A stretch of DNA of 64,000 nucleotides, from assembly GCF_006345805.1 (NCBI RefSeq), contig NC_042999.1:80538001-80602000 (forward strand), given 5' to 3'. Under the pieces are notes generated by a model that saw nothing but the letters and a program-made list of their open reading frames with translations, had not been told where the DNA came from and made no database searches. This DNA comes from Octopus sinensis. Lineage: Eukaryota. The translations under genes were made by a program, and so were the position numbers. This document shows, piece by piece, positions 63,937 to 64,000 of the stretch. Position 1 is the stretch's first letter; each line of letters begins with the position of its first letter.

Positions 63937-64000
63937 ATATAAGTGTGCGTGTATATATTTACATATCTATATATGTATGTATATATATATATTATATATA
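63870..64000. repeat. (CT)n(AT)n microsatellite
   Basis: Directly visible. Confidence 0.9.

Overview
This is AT-rich eukaryotic genomic DNA, dense in microsatellites and tRNA-derived SINEs. The SINE families and repeat make-up are most consistent with an Octopus (coleoid cephalopod) genome, which is an inference from recognising the repeats. There are no prokaryotic genes, operons, CRISPR arrays or rRNA genes, and no intact long ORF. Most recognisable coding sequence is decayed transposon: Helitron Rep and helicase relics plus a non-autonomous Helitron with intact ends, two Tc1 and two mariner relics, a hAT transposase relic and a hAT-type MITE, a Gypsy pol relic, three Penelope-like relics, CR1-, RTE- and R4/Dong-like LINE relics, a long-TIR fold-back element, and about 24 SINE copies from three groups. 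The only host-gene signals are splice-site-bounded candidate exons: a 99-nt minus-strand exon (44297-44395), two candidate minus-strand microexons upstream of it, and a plus-strand cluster of short exons at 58.4-59.0 kb that includes a 9-nt microexon between two 64-nt introns. I cannot name the gene(s). Several perfect local hairpins recur, and at least one clearly arose after TE insertion. I found no well-supported novel multi-gene system. The best leads are the microexon candidates and the fold-back structures. All translations and motif matches were done by eye; no database searches were run.
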